The position numbers were made by a program, and so were the translations under genes. The notes beneath the pieces are model-generated. The model saw nothing but the letters and a program-made list of their open reading frames with translations. It did not search any database and was not told the DNA's origin. A stretch of DNA of 63,935 nucleotides, counting the filler, from Candidatus Zapsychrus exili (lineage in GTDB: Bacteria > Omnitrophota > Gorgyraeia > Zapsychrales > Zapsychraceae), in the NCBI GenBank assembly GCA_030765585.1. It is 5 parts of 5 records of this genome, joined end to end, with 100 filler letters (N's around TTAATTAATTAA, not from the genome) between each part and the next. Parts side by side here need not be neighbours in the genome. Positions count along the whole stretch, not along the records: positions 25,242 to 54,380 come from JAVCCJ010000097.1; 4 more parts are not named here. The stretch is one strand, 5' to 3'. Below, piece by piece: positions 40,290 through 48,938 of this stretch. The stretch's first letter is position 1, and each line of letters begins with the position of its first letter.

Positions 40290-41300
40290 CTAGAGTATCA
40301 CCATCACATCGCCATAACTAAAAAATCTATATTTTTCTTTTATGGCACAAGCATATGCCTTCTTCATAAGTTTCTCACCGCCAAATGCAAAAACAAGCAT
40401 CAAAAGAGTGCTTTTAGGAAGATGAAAATTTGTTATTAACGCATCTACTAATTTAAATTTATATCCAGGATAAATAAAGATATCAGTGCTTCCGTCTAAT
40501 TTCTTATTCTTTGCAACCGTTTCAAGTACGCGCGTAGCTGTTGTACCGACTGAAACTATTTTATTTCCCTTTTTTCTTGTCTTTACTATCGAATCTAATG
40601 TGTTCCGTGAAATAGAATATTGCTCAATATGCATTTTGTGTTTTGTTATGTCAATTTCCTCGACAGGCTTAAACGTTGCATAATTTATATGTAATGTTAC
40701 TTCCTTCTGTTTGTGTCCCTGCTTTTTAAGGTCGCTCAATAACTTATTTGTAAAATGCAATCCCGCCGTGGGGGACGCAACCGAACCTTCTTTCTTTGCA
40801 TAAACTGTTTGATAATAATTCCTGTCCGACGCCCTATCTTTTCTTTTTATATACGGAGGAAGCGGAATATGGCCTACTTTTTCTATTTGCTTTAAAATAT
40901 TTTTTCTATTAAATCTTACAATTCTTTTCTCTTTATCAGCTATCTCAGCAATAAGTCCGTCAGAACCAATAGCTATTTTTTCGCCTTCTTTAAGTCTCTT
41001 TGTCGGTCGCATTAAAACTTCATAACTGTATCCATCGTCAAGCTTCTTAAGCAAGAATATCTCAACCTCGCCGCCTGTATCTCTTTTTGCAAGCAACCTC
41101 GCAGGAATAACTTTACTATTATTTAAAACAATTATTGAACTTTCAGGTAAATACTTATTTAAATTTGAGAACACATCATGCCTTATGGTTTGTGTTTTTC
41201 TGTCAATAACCATAAGACGAGCACTATCTCTTTTTCTTAAAGACTCTTGAGCTATTAAACTCTCTGGCAAATGATAGTCGTAATCTTTTAGTCTTAACAT
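40290..41300 (-). CDS. queA: S-adenosylmethionine:tRNA ribosyltransferase-isomerase
   Basis: LPPYI, YQTVYA, SPTAGLHF, TNFHLPKSTL and YRFFSYGD motifs. Confidence 0.97.
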   Translation of the reverse strand: MLRLKDYDYHLPESLIAQESLRKRDSARLMVIDRKTQTIRHDVFSNLNKYLPESSIIVLNNSKVIPARLLAKRDTGGEVEIFLLKKLDDGYSYEVLMRPTKRLKEGEKIAIGSDGLIAEIADKEKRIVRFNRKNILKQIEKVGHIPLPPYIKRKDRASDRNYYQTVYAKKEGSVASPTAGLHFTNKLLSDLKKQGHKQKEVTLHINYATFKPVEEIDITKHKMHIEQYSISRNTLDSIVKTRKKGNKIVSVGTTATRVLETVAKNKKLDGSTDIFIYPGYKFKLVDALITNFHLPKSTLLMLVFAFGGEKLMKKAYACAIKEKYRFFSYGDVMVIL

Positions 41301-41301
41301 A

Positions 41302-42474
41302 CTAATCTTTTAATATTCCCTCTTCTTTGTAATCAACAATGTCCGTACCAGGATAATAAAATTCTAGTATTTCTTTATATTTATATTTTTGACGTGCCAT
41401 ATTATGTGTTCCCCATTGACATAATCCCACGCCATGCCCCCAACCAAAACCAGAAAAGTCTGCGTAATAACCCTTCATCTTTATTTTGTAATTATTACTT
41501 CTTATTTTATTAGGACCGACGATATCTCTAAAATCTTTTCCCTTAATCTTTATTTTACTTCCATCCCTTGTCAAAATTTCAAGCTCTCTTATTCTTCCGC
41601 TTTTATTACGTTCCAATATACTTATCTCTTTTATAAGTCCAAAGTCATATCCTTTTTTGTTAAGCGCATCTGAGACATCTTTTAATCTAATATTCTTCTT
41701 CCATTTATAGCTTGGAGCATCTTTCGAAAACTCTGAAACAACGCCTTTTAAAGGCGCAAGATCATGCTCCCAAAGCTCGCTTACATCCTCAGTATGTCCA
41801 CCGCTATTTGAATGATAGTATGCTGGAAATATTTCTCCCTTATAACTAAGGATTTCATTTCTTGTTCTATTTGTAGCAACACTTGTCCTGTATTTCTCTG
41901 CATTTTTACCGCCGTACACTTGAGAATAGATGTCACTTCTTAAATCGTACTGCTGATCTTTATTTTCTTTTACTTGATACAAGGCATATGTTCTTACTGC
42001 AACCGCCTGTGCCTTTAAGGCCTCCATTGGCCATCTGTCGCCCACTTCATGATACAAAACACCCTTAACATATCTTTCTACATTAAGCGTATTTACTACC
42101 AATAGATTATTGTCTTTTTCTAAAAATATATCAATATCGCCTCTATACCTATGGGATTTATCACCTACATGTATTGACATCTCTTTTTTAGGAGATATTC
42201 GTATATGCCCCAACTTGTACTCAGCCTCGTCTATTTTTATATTACCATCAAGAGATGTAATAACAGCTTCACGCAAAACCCTGCCAAATGTTAAAATCTT
42301 ATCTGTCTTAGGATCTATTACCTTGTGTTTTAGTCTTGTAGACACGACTATCTTGTCTGCACCTTTAAGTATCGCAACTCTTACATTTTTTCCTCTATTG
42401 ATTTTTGCCTCCAGAGAACTAGCGTGTAAAAAGATTGCTGCCAAAATAAAAATTGTAATTATTTTTCTGATCAT
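41302..42474 (-). CDS. SpoIID/LytB domain protein
   Basis: YVKGV..E, EALKAQAVAVRTYA, SQVYGG and GWGHGVGLCQWG motifs; signal peptide. Confidence 0.93.
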   Translation of the reverse strand: MIRKIITIFILAAIFLHASSLEAKINRGKNVRVAILKGADKIVVSTRLKHKVIDPKTDKILTFGRVLREAVITSLDGNIKIDEAEYKLGHIRISPKKEMSIHVGDKSHRYRGDIDIFLEKDNNLLVVNTLNVERYVKGVLYHEVGDRWPMEALKAQAVAVRTYALYQVKENKDQQYDLRSDIYSQVYGGKNAEKYRTSVATNRTRNEILSYKGEIFPAYYHSNSGGHTEDVSELWEHDLAPLKGVVSEFSKDAPSYKWKKNIRLKDVSDALNKKGYDFGLIKEISILERNKSGRIRELEILTRDGSKIKIKGKDFRDIVGPNKIRSNNYKIKMKGYYADFSGFGWGHGVGLCQWGTHNMARQKYKYKEILEFYYPGTDIVDYKEEGILKD

Positions 42475-42619
42475 TGCTTATTAAATAAGAATAGTATTAA
42501 TTTTAAAATAATATTTATAACTGTACCAATAGCTATAAAAATGCATTTGCATTGTGACATATTCTACATTCTAAAGTTAATTTAGTAAACAAAAAAAGGT
42601 AGGCCAATGTTTCCTTAAT

Positions 42620-45600
42620 TTATCCTCTTAGATATACAGGATATTCTTCTTTGAGGTCTGCTGATTTACCGTGAGTTTCTTTCTGCGATCCATATTCTTC
42701 TGGAAAGTTTTCGTCTTCAGCAATACCAAGCAACATTGGAATTTGTGCTGGTGCGATTGGCATAATATTAAGAATAACTGGAGTTAGTCCATTGATTTCT
42801 ATATTTTCAAACTCTTCTAAATTATAAAAACTATCAAAATCTATTTCCGCACCCTTGCTCTCTATCTTTAGCTTCTCAGCGTTTAAGTCAATACCACCAA
42901 CCTCCTTTGTCACCATCGCATTGTCTACATCAACGCTACTTTCAAATATTTCATCTATAACTTTTATTGAACCATCAATATCCGCATGTATATCATTAAA
43001 ATCAATTCTATCTTTAAGCTTTTGACTAACATATTGAAGCTTTGCATCTTTAGCATCATCTTCCGCATAAGAACCTTTATAAAAATATCCTGTTGTTTTT
43101 GTGCCTACATCTCTAAAATTGCCACTTGTTTTTCCAGCTAATACAATATCTTCATCTGAAATATCACCTTTTTTACTTTTCCTGCCCTGCGTCACTATCA
43201 ATTCTCCGGGAGAATCAATAATAGTTAAAGGAGTCCATCCGACCATCATACTCAATCCTCTTTTATTCTTCGTATTGTCTCCTGTACCTTTGCTTGTCCA
43301 TATAGCTTCGCTTGGAGACATTGTCCATTTCTCTCCATTATCCATAATGTGTATCTTGCTATAATTCTTTTTTCTCTCGACAACAACTATACCAATTCCA
43401 CGCTCAACATGCTGGAATGTATTCTCCAAAGCAAAAGCTACAAAGTTTTTCTCTTCCCTGCTAAACTTCCCTTCAAAAGATTTGTTTCTTTCTAATTCAA
43501 CCGATATATCTCTATGTTCAACATAATTATTATCCTCTGGTTTTATATGCACATCACTATCCCTGCTCTTACCTTCAAAATCATTATCAAGAAATGCTAC
43601 CGCAAATACACCTTCTTTTTTATTTAGCTCATCAACTGTCGCGTGAAGCTTTTCCCAAAGATTAATATCAAAATCTTTTTCTTTGAGATCTTTCGGTGTA
43701 GGTATACTTTTCTGCGCTACACTTATCAACTCCTGGTTTAAAAAATTGCTCAAAGAAACATTGTCGCCCATCATCGCAGAATCTTCTGCTAAATTAATAT
43801 TTGAAAAAATAGTAACACCGCGAGATTCCATGCTTTTTTTGAGCTCGTCCTTTCGACGTTTTAACTTATTATTTTTAACATATAAATTCTGCCCATTAGG
43901 ATTATCTAGAATTTCTTCCTCCAATCCTTCTATTTCTTTCTTTAATAAACCTATATCTTCAAAAAACATAAGATAATTATTCAATTTTTGCAACACCAGC
44001 ATAAGTTCTTCAAAAGTCAACTGAACAAAATTTAAACCATTAGAAGAAGAAATCTGTCCTGCCATAGGCCTAAAATTTTCATCTAACATGCCCCAAAATT
44101 TAAAAGCCTCCTTTTCATAAAGCTCCTTAAAATTACTATTTCCTTTTATATCGCTATAATCATCATCAAACTTAGATGGATAAAATTCTAAAGCAAAAAA
44201 TCCAAAATTCTTATCTCCTAAAATTATTATACCCTTTTTAACACCTAATTCTTTAGCTTTTCTAATATCAGCAGAATTAAGGCTTATAGTAATATATCCT
44301 CGCCGAATAGGATGAGTATGCACCCAAATGCCATCTTTATACTTGCTTAATAAGTTGGGGGTAATAAAAGTCCCCACAAAACTTTCACCTCCAGAATTAG
44401 CAATGATAGGAATGCCATAGCGATCAAATCCGCTTTGCGCTTCTATTTTCTGTTCCACTAAAATATTCATAATATTAATTAAATGTTTTACCGCTCCACC
44501 AGTACCCGAAATAGGAAACGCTGCAGGATTAAAACGCTCGTCAATATCAACAACCCCGCCACTCAAAGAATCTTGCGTCACCATCGCATAATCAGAAGCT
44601 ACAGAAATTTTGTTCTCTATGGCAAAATTAGTCTCCACCAACATTGCGTTATCTAGATTTACATCTTGCGCACGACCTGTTGTTTCTAATATTTTGCTTA
44701 TCGTTGCAAAATCTTTACCACCGCAAAAATACTTCTTAGGAATTAAAGACTTAGTGGCTGGATCATATTCTTCTTTTATATAATTATAAGCACCATCTTT
44801 AAATGTTTTAAGATACTGATCATATATCTTAAGCTTTTCTTGCTTGTCTTTTATTTCAACACCGGGAGTTTTGTTTTGATCAACATATTTACGCCCCAGC
44901 AAAGATTCTTTTAGATTTCGTTTATACCAAGTAGCGAGTATTAAAGAATTATATATTTGACGCAAAGGAGCAAAAGCTTGACCTTGGTTTACCTGACGTT
45001 CTAATTCTGGAATGATGACTGATTTTATGATGCTCAATTCTAGATGCTGGATGCTGGATATTTTGTTTTGTTTTTTGCTAGTATCTAGTATCGAGGATCT
45101 AGGATCTAGATACTCCTCTTCTAATAATACTTTAAGCCTGCTTTCTACTACAAAAGCTCTATCTTCTGCTTCATAAACAACTGCACGCTCAGGCACTATC
45201 CAAACACGATTCAATACATCAGTATCTATATTAGTTGTTCCGTATTTATCAAAAGCTTGCTTATATATTTTCTCCCAGAATTTTTTACCTACTTCCCCTT
45301 CAGGATGCATTAGAGATGCTGTTATTTGTTTTAAAATATAATCTTGAGCTAGAAGGTCGCGACCCATTTCAGTAGACCCAAAAGAATTCGGAATTATTTT
45401 ATCTGGTTGTTTAGGATTTAAATTGACCCACAAATCATTTTCTTTAGTTGTTAAAGATGCTAGGAAGTATTTGATAAGTTTAGTTGATTCAATTTTAAAA
45501 ACTTCACCTGAGGCCTTTGATTTGCCAGAATCTATAATAAAATCAAACTTTAGAGGATTCTCTGGATAAAGCTTAAGACCTTTTATGATGGGAACTGAAC

Positions 45601-45757
45601 CTACGCCAACGCCAAGTGCTGACAATGGTTGAATTAATATAGATTGCTGGGCAAAAGATACAGGGGTAATGGTAGACAAAACAAAGCATACTATAATAAA
45701 TATTGATATTACTTTATATATTGGTGATCTTTTAATAATGCCGCCCCTTAAAGTCAT
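42620..45757 (-). CDS. Secreted modular protein, paralog 2 (conserved N-terminal domain, JAB-like module, GHKL-like module, GGIDLN C-terminal domain)
   Basis: Signal-peptide-like ...STITPVSFA|Q; N-terminal domain shared with 14344-16124; DxAM motifs at 44642, 44582, 43772 and 42914. Confidence 0.88.
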   Translation of the reverse strand: MTLRGGIIKRSPIYKVISIFIIVCFVLSTITPVSFAQQSILIQPLSALGVGVGSVPIIKGLKLYPENPLKFDFIIDSGKSKASGEVFKIESTKLIKYFLASLTTKENDLWVNLNPKQPDKIIPNSFGSTEMGRDLLAQDYILKQITASLMHPEGEVGKKFWEKIYKQAFDKYGTTNIDTDVLNRVWIVPERAVVYEAEDRAFVVESRLKVLLEEEYLDPRSSILDTSKKQNKISSIQHLELSIIKSVIIPELERQVNQGQAFAPLRQIYNSLILATWYKRNLKESLLGRKYVDQNKTPGVEIKDKQEKLKIYDQYLKTFKDGAYNYIKEEYDPATKSLIPKKYFCGGKDFATISKILETTGRAQDVNLDNAMLVETNFAIENKISVASDYAMVTQDSLSGGVVDIDERFNPAAFPISGTGGAVKHLINIMNILVEQKIEAQSGFDRYGIPIIANSGGESFVGTFITPNLLSKYKDGIWVHTHPIRRGYITISLNSADIRKAKELGVKKGIIILGDKNFGFFALEFYPSKFDDDYSDIKGNSNFKELYEKEAFKFWGMLDENFRPMAGQISSSNGLNFVQLTFEELMLVLQKLNNYLMFFEDIGLLKKEIEGLEEEILDNPNGQNLYVKNNKLKRRKDELKKSMESRGVTIFSNINLAEDSAMMGDNVSLSNFLNQELISVAQKSIPTPKDLKEKDFDINLWEKLHATVDELNKKEGVFAVAFLDNDFEGKSRDSDVHIKPEDNNYVEHRDISVELERNKSFEGKFSREEKNFVAFALENTFQHVERGIGIVVVERKKNYSKIHIMDNGEKWTMSPSEAIWTSKGTGDNTKNKRGLSMMVGWTPLTIIDSPGELIVTQGRKSKKGDISDEDIVLAGKTSGNFRDVGTKTTGYFYKGSYAEDDAKDAKLQYVSQKLKDRIDFNDIHADIDGSIKVIDEIFESSVDVDNAMVTKEVGGIDLNAEKLKIESKGAEIDFDSFYNLEEFENIEINGLTPVILNIMPIAPAQIPMLLGIAEDENFPEEYGSQKETHGKSADLKEEYPVYLRG

Positions 45758-45989
45758 TTGCTTCTTTACTTTTCTTAATATTTAACTAGTACATAAAAAG
45801 TATAAAATATATATACGGACTTTAGGGGTGTTTTTGGGGATTTGAAGAAAGCGGTTGCTTTTTATATAGAATATCTTACATAAACTACTGATAGTAGTAA
45901 GTTTAAGTAAGTATATGGCACTTCAAAATAATATTAATATTATAAAATTCTTATAAAATATTAATATTATTAGACATATATTGTATTTT

Positions 45990-47030
45990 TTAAAAAAGTT
46001 CGGATTGTTGTCTTTTGGGAGTGGAAGTTGCTTTAATATATTTGAGGGATTGCTCTGTGAGCTCACGTCCGCGCGAAGTTCTTTTTAAGAAGCCAATCTT
46101 TAAAAGATACGGCTCAAGCACATCAGCAATAGTATCAACTTCTTCATTAAGTGTTGCTGCAAGAGCATCAATACCAACAGGTCCACCTTTGTAACTATCG
46201 CTTATTACTCTTATAAGTTTTCTATCTACCTCATCTAGTCCAAATTCATCTATTCCTAAAATTTGCATTGCTGAGGCTACTGTATCTTTAGCTATTGGAG
46301 CGCCTTTTTCTTTTACTTGTGTGTAGTCTCTTGATCGTCTAAGTAATCTATTTGCAATTCGCGGTGTGCCACGAGAACGGCGAGCAATTTCAACAGCTGC
46401 CTCTTTGTCTATCGTAACATTAAGTTTTTCTGCTGAGCTAATTATTATATCTGCTAACTCCGCTACTTTATAAAAATCAAGATGATGAAAGATTCCAAAA
46501 CGCTCACGTAACGGAGATGCTAAAAGTCCACTTCTTGTTGTCGCGCCTATCAAAGTAAACGGCTTTAAATTAAAGTTTATTGTCTTAGCATACGGACCTT
46601 TGTCGACTATAAAATCAATTTTGAAATTCTCCATTGCAGGATAAAGAAACTCCTCAACAACCTTTGAAAGCCTGTGAATTTCATCAATAAATAATACGTC
46701 ACCCTTCTCTAAATTTGTTAAAATTCCGATTAAGTCGCCAGCCCTATCAATTGCAGGACCTGACGTAATTGTAATACGTGCATCCATTTCAGCTGCAACT
46801 ATATTCGCTAAAGATGTTTTTCCTAATCCTGGAGGTCCTGAAAAAAGCATATGTTCAACAGGCTCGCTTCTCTGTTTTGCCTCCTCTAAAGAAACCTTTA
46901 GGCTATCGACAAGATCTTTTTGTCCGACAAAATCATCTAGCTTTGATGGGCGTAAAGATAAGCTATATACCTGATCTTCTTCAGTCTCTTGATTAAATAC
47001 TATTTCTCTTTTTTCATTTTTTTCATTCAT
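45990..47030 (-). CDS. ruvB: Holliday junction branch migration helicase RuvB
   Basis: SLRP, GPPGLGKT, FIDEIHRL, GATTR and RGTPRIANRLL motifs. Confidence 0.97.
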   Translation of the reverse strand: MNEKNEKREIVFNQETEEDQVYSLSLRPSKLDDFVGQKDLVDSLKVSLEEAKQRSEPVEHMLFSGPPGLGKTSLANIVAAEMDARITITSGPAIDRAGDLIGILTNLEKGDVLFIDEIHRLSKVVEEFLYPAMENFKIDFIVDKGPYAKTINFNLKPFTLIGATTRSGLLASPLRERFGIFHHLDFYKVAELADIIISSAEKLNVTIDKEAAVEIARRSRGTPRIANRLLRRSRDYTQVKEKGAPIAKDTVASAMQILGIDEFGLDEVDRKLIRVISDSYKGGPVGIDALAATLNEEVDTIADVLEPYLLKIGFLKRTSRGRELTEQSLKYIKATSTPKRQQSELF

Positions 47031-47865
47031 CTTGTATACTATTTTTTTCTTTTGGTTGATCTTCTACAGGTTGCTCTTCTTTGGATTCTTCTTCGATAAG
47101 ACCCTCTTCGGACTTATCTTCACCAACGGGTGATGGAGCAAAATTTTCTTTATTCCTTAAAATTTCTATATCACTAAAAAGCTCTTTTTGAATAGCCTTA
47201 ATTTCTTTTAAACGAATAAGCTCAAGCACAGCTAAAAATGTGACAATAATTTCTGACTTTGTTCTAGCTTTTTTAAAAACATCTTTAAGCAAAACTGATG
47301 TTTCTTGAAGCAAAAGATGCAATATATCGTGTATCTTTTGCTCAACAGTATACTCTTCCTTTACAATCTCATGAATAACATCTTCAGGTGCTCTTTTAAG
47401 AGCATCTGACAATGCATTTATAAGATCAAATAAACTAGACTCAAAATATATCTCTTTTGCACTATGCTTTATTTCGTCTAACTTACTCTGATCAGCAACC
47501 CTAGAAAATAAGTTGCGCCTATCTGATTCTTTTTCTTTAAGCTCGCCAGCGATTTCTTTAAACCTTTTATATTCGTTAAGTCGTCTTATAAGCTCATCTT
47601 CTGGAGCTTCCACCTCTTCTTCTTCCTCTACCTCTTCTTTAGGTAAAAGCATTCTAGACTTTATCTGCATAAGTGTTGCTGCCATAACAAGAAAATCTCC
47701 GACTAAATCCAAATTAAGGATTTTCATCATTTCAATATATTGCATATACTGTCCTGTTATTTCAGCAATTGAAATATCACTAATATCAAGATCGTTCTTT
47801 TTGATAAGATAAAGTAAAAGATCTAAAGGGCCTTCAAAGATGTCTAGATTAAGCTTGTAACTCAT
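47023..47865 (-). CDS. scpA: Segregation and condensation protein A (kleisin)
   Basis: FEGPLDLLLYLI, FLVMAATL..IKSRMLLP and FLAVLEL motifs. Confidence 0.95.
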   Translation of the reverse strand: MSYKLNLDIFEGPLDLLLYLIKKNDLDISDISIAEITGQYMQYIEMMKILNLDLVGDFLVMAATLMQIKSRMLLPKEEVEEEEEVEAPEDELIRRLNEYKRFKEIAGELKEKESDRRNLFSRVADQSKLDEIKHSAKEIYFESSLFDLINALSDALKRAPEDVIHEIVKEEYTVEQKIHDILHLLLQETSVLLKDVFKKARTKSEIIVTFLAVLELIRLKEIKAIQKELFSDIEILRNKENFAPSPVGEDKSEEGLIEEESKEEQPVEDQPKEKNSIQDE

Positions 47866-48839
47866 TAAAATATCACTTCTTTTATTTCTTTTATAGTCTG
47901 TTGTGCTATTTCTCGTGCTTTCTTTTGCCCATCAAGTAAAATATCTTTAACCTTTGCCTTGTCGCGAACCAACCCTTCTCTCTTTTCTTTGATTGGGGCT
48001 AATGTTTTTATCAAAGCATCTGCTAAGAACTTCTTACAATCTGTGCATCCTCTTGTAGCTGACTTGCATTCTTCGCATGCTGCCTCAGATTCCTTAGACG
48101 CAAAAACATTGTAATAGCTGTATACATTACATTTTTCAGGATGACCCTTGTCTGTTAATTTAATTCTTTTAGGGTCAGTAAACATACTTTTTGTTTTCTT
48201 GATTATCTCGTCGGAAGAATCAGAAATATTTATTGCATTATTATAACTTTTGCTCATCTTTCTTCCATCGACACCAAGAAGTCTTGGGGTCTTAGTCAAA
48301 ATAGCTTCGCAATCTCTAAAGAAATCTTTTTTAAAAATATGATTAAAGCGTCTTGATATTTCTCTGGTTAATTCTATATGAGGAAGCTGATCTTCACCTA
48401 TTGGAACAGCACTAGCGCGATAAAGCAATATATCTGCAGCTTGTAAAACTGGATAACCTAAAAAACCATATGTCTGTAAATCGCGTGTCTTAATTTCTCT
48501 TAATTGTTCTTTATATGTTGGGTTTCTTTCAAGCCAACCCAATGGTGTAATGCACGATAAAATCATACTTAATTCTAGATGCTCAGGAACTTGTGATTGA
48601 ACAAAGAGTATTGACTTCTCTGGATCGATTCCGGAAGATATCCAATCAATCGCCATATCTATTATATTTTCATTTATTTCTTTGCTTTGCTCATACTCTC
48701 CCATTAAGGCATGCCAGTCTACTATACCGAATATACAATTATGTGTTTTTTGCAATTCAATCCAATTACTAAGAGCACCGACAAGATGTCCTAAATGTAG
48801 CTTTCCCGTTGGACGCATTGCGCTAAATACTGTTTTCAC
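47865..48839 (-). CDS. trpS: Tryptophanyl-tRNA synthetase
   Basis: RPTGKLHLGH, YPVLQAADIL and KMSKS motifs; start moved to GTG 48839 (AAGGA SD). Confidence 0.96.
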   Translation of the reverse strand: MKTVFSAMRPTGKLHLGHLVGALSNWIELQKTHNCIFGIVDWHALMGEYEQSKEINENIIDMAIDWISSGIDPEKSILFVQSQVPEHLELSMILSCITPLGWLERNPTYKEQLREIKTRDLQTYGFLGYPVLQAADILLYRASAVPIGEDQLPHIELTREISRRFNHIFKKDFFRDCEAILTKTPRLLGVDGRKMSKSYNNAINISDSSDEIIKKTKSMFTDPKRIKLTDKGHPEKCNVYSYYNVFASKESEAACEECKSATRGCTDCKKFLADALIKTLAPIKEKREGLVRDKAKVKDILLDGQKKAREIAQQTIKEIKEVIF

Positions 48840-48938
48840 TTTTATTTCCTTTATTGGGTTTAAGGTATAAAGTCTACGGTTTAAAAAAAACATTATACTT
48901 AAATCTTATCCCTTAAACCTGAAACCTTAAACCTGAAA

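Noticed and set aside
42914..44593. DxAM methionines as internal translation starts
   Set aside because: No convincing Shine-Dalgarno sequence upstream of these ATGs. Not excluded, but unsupported.
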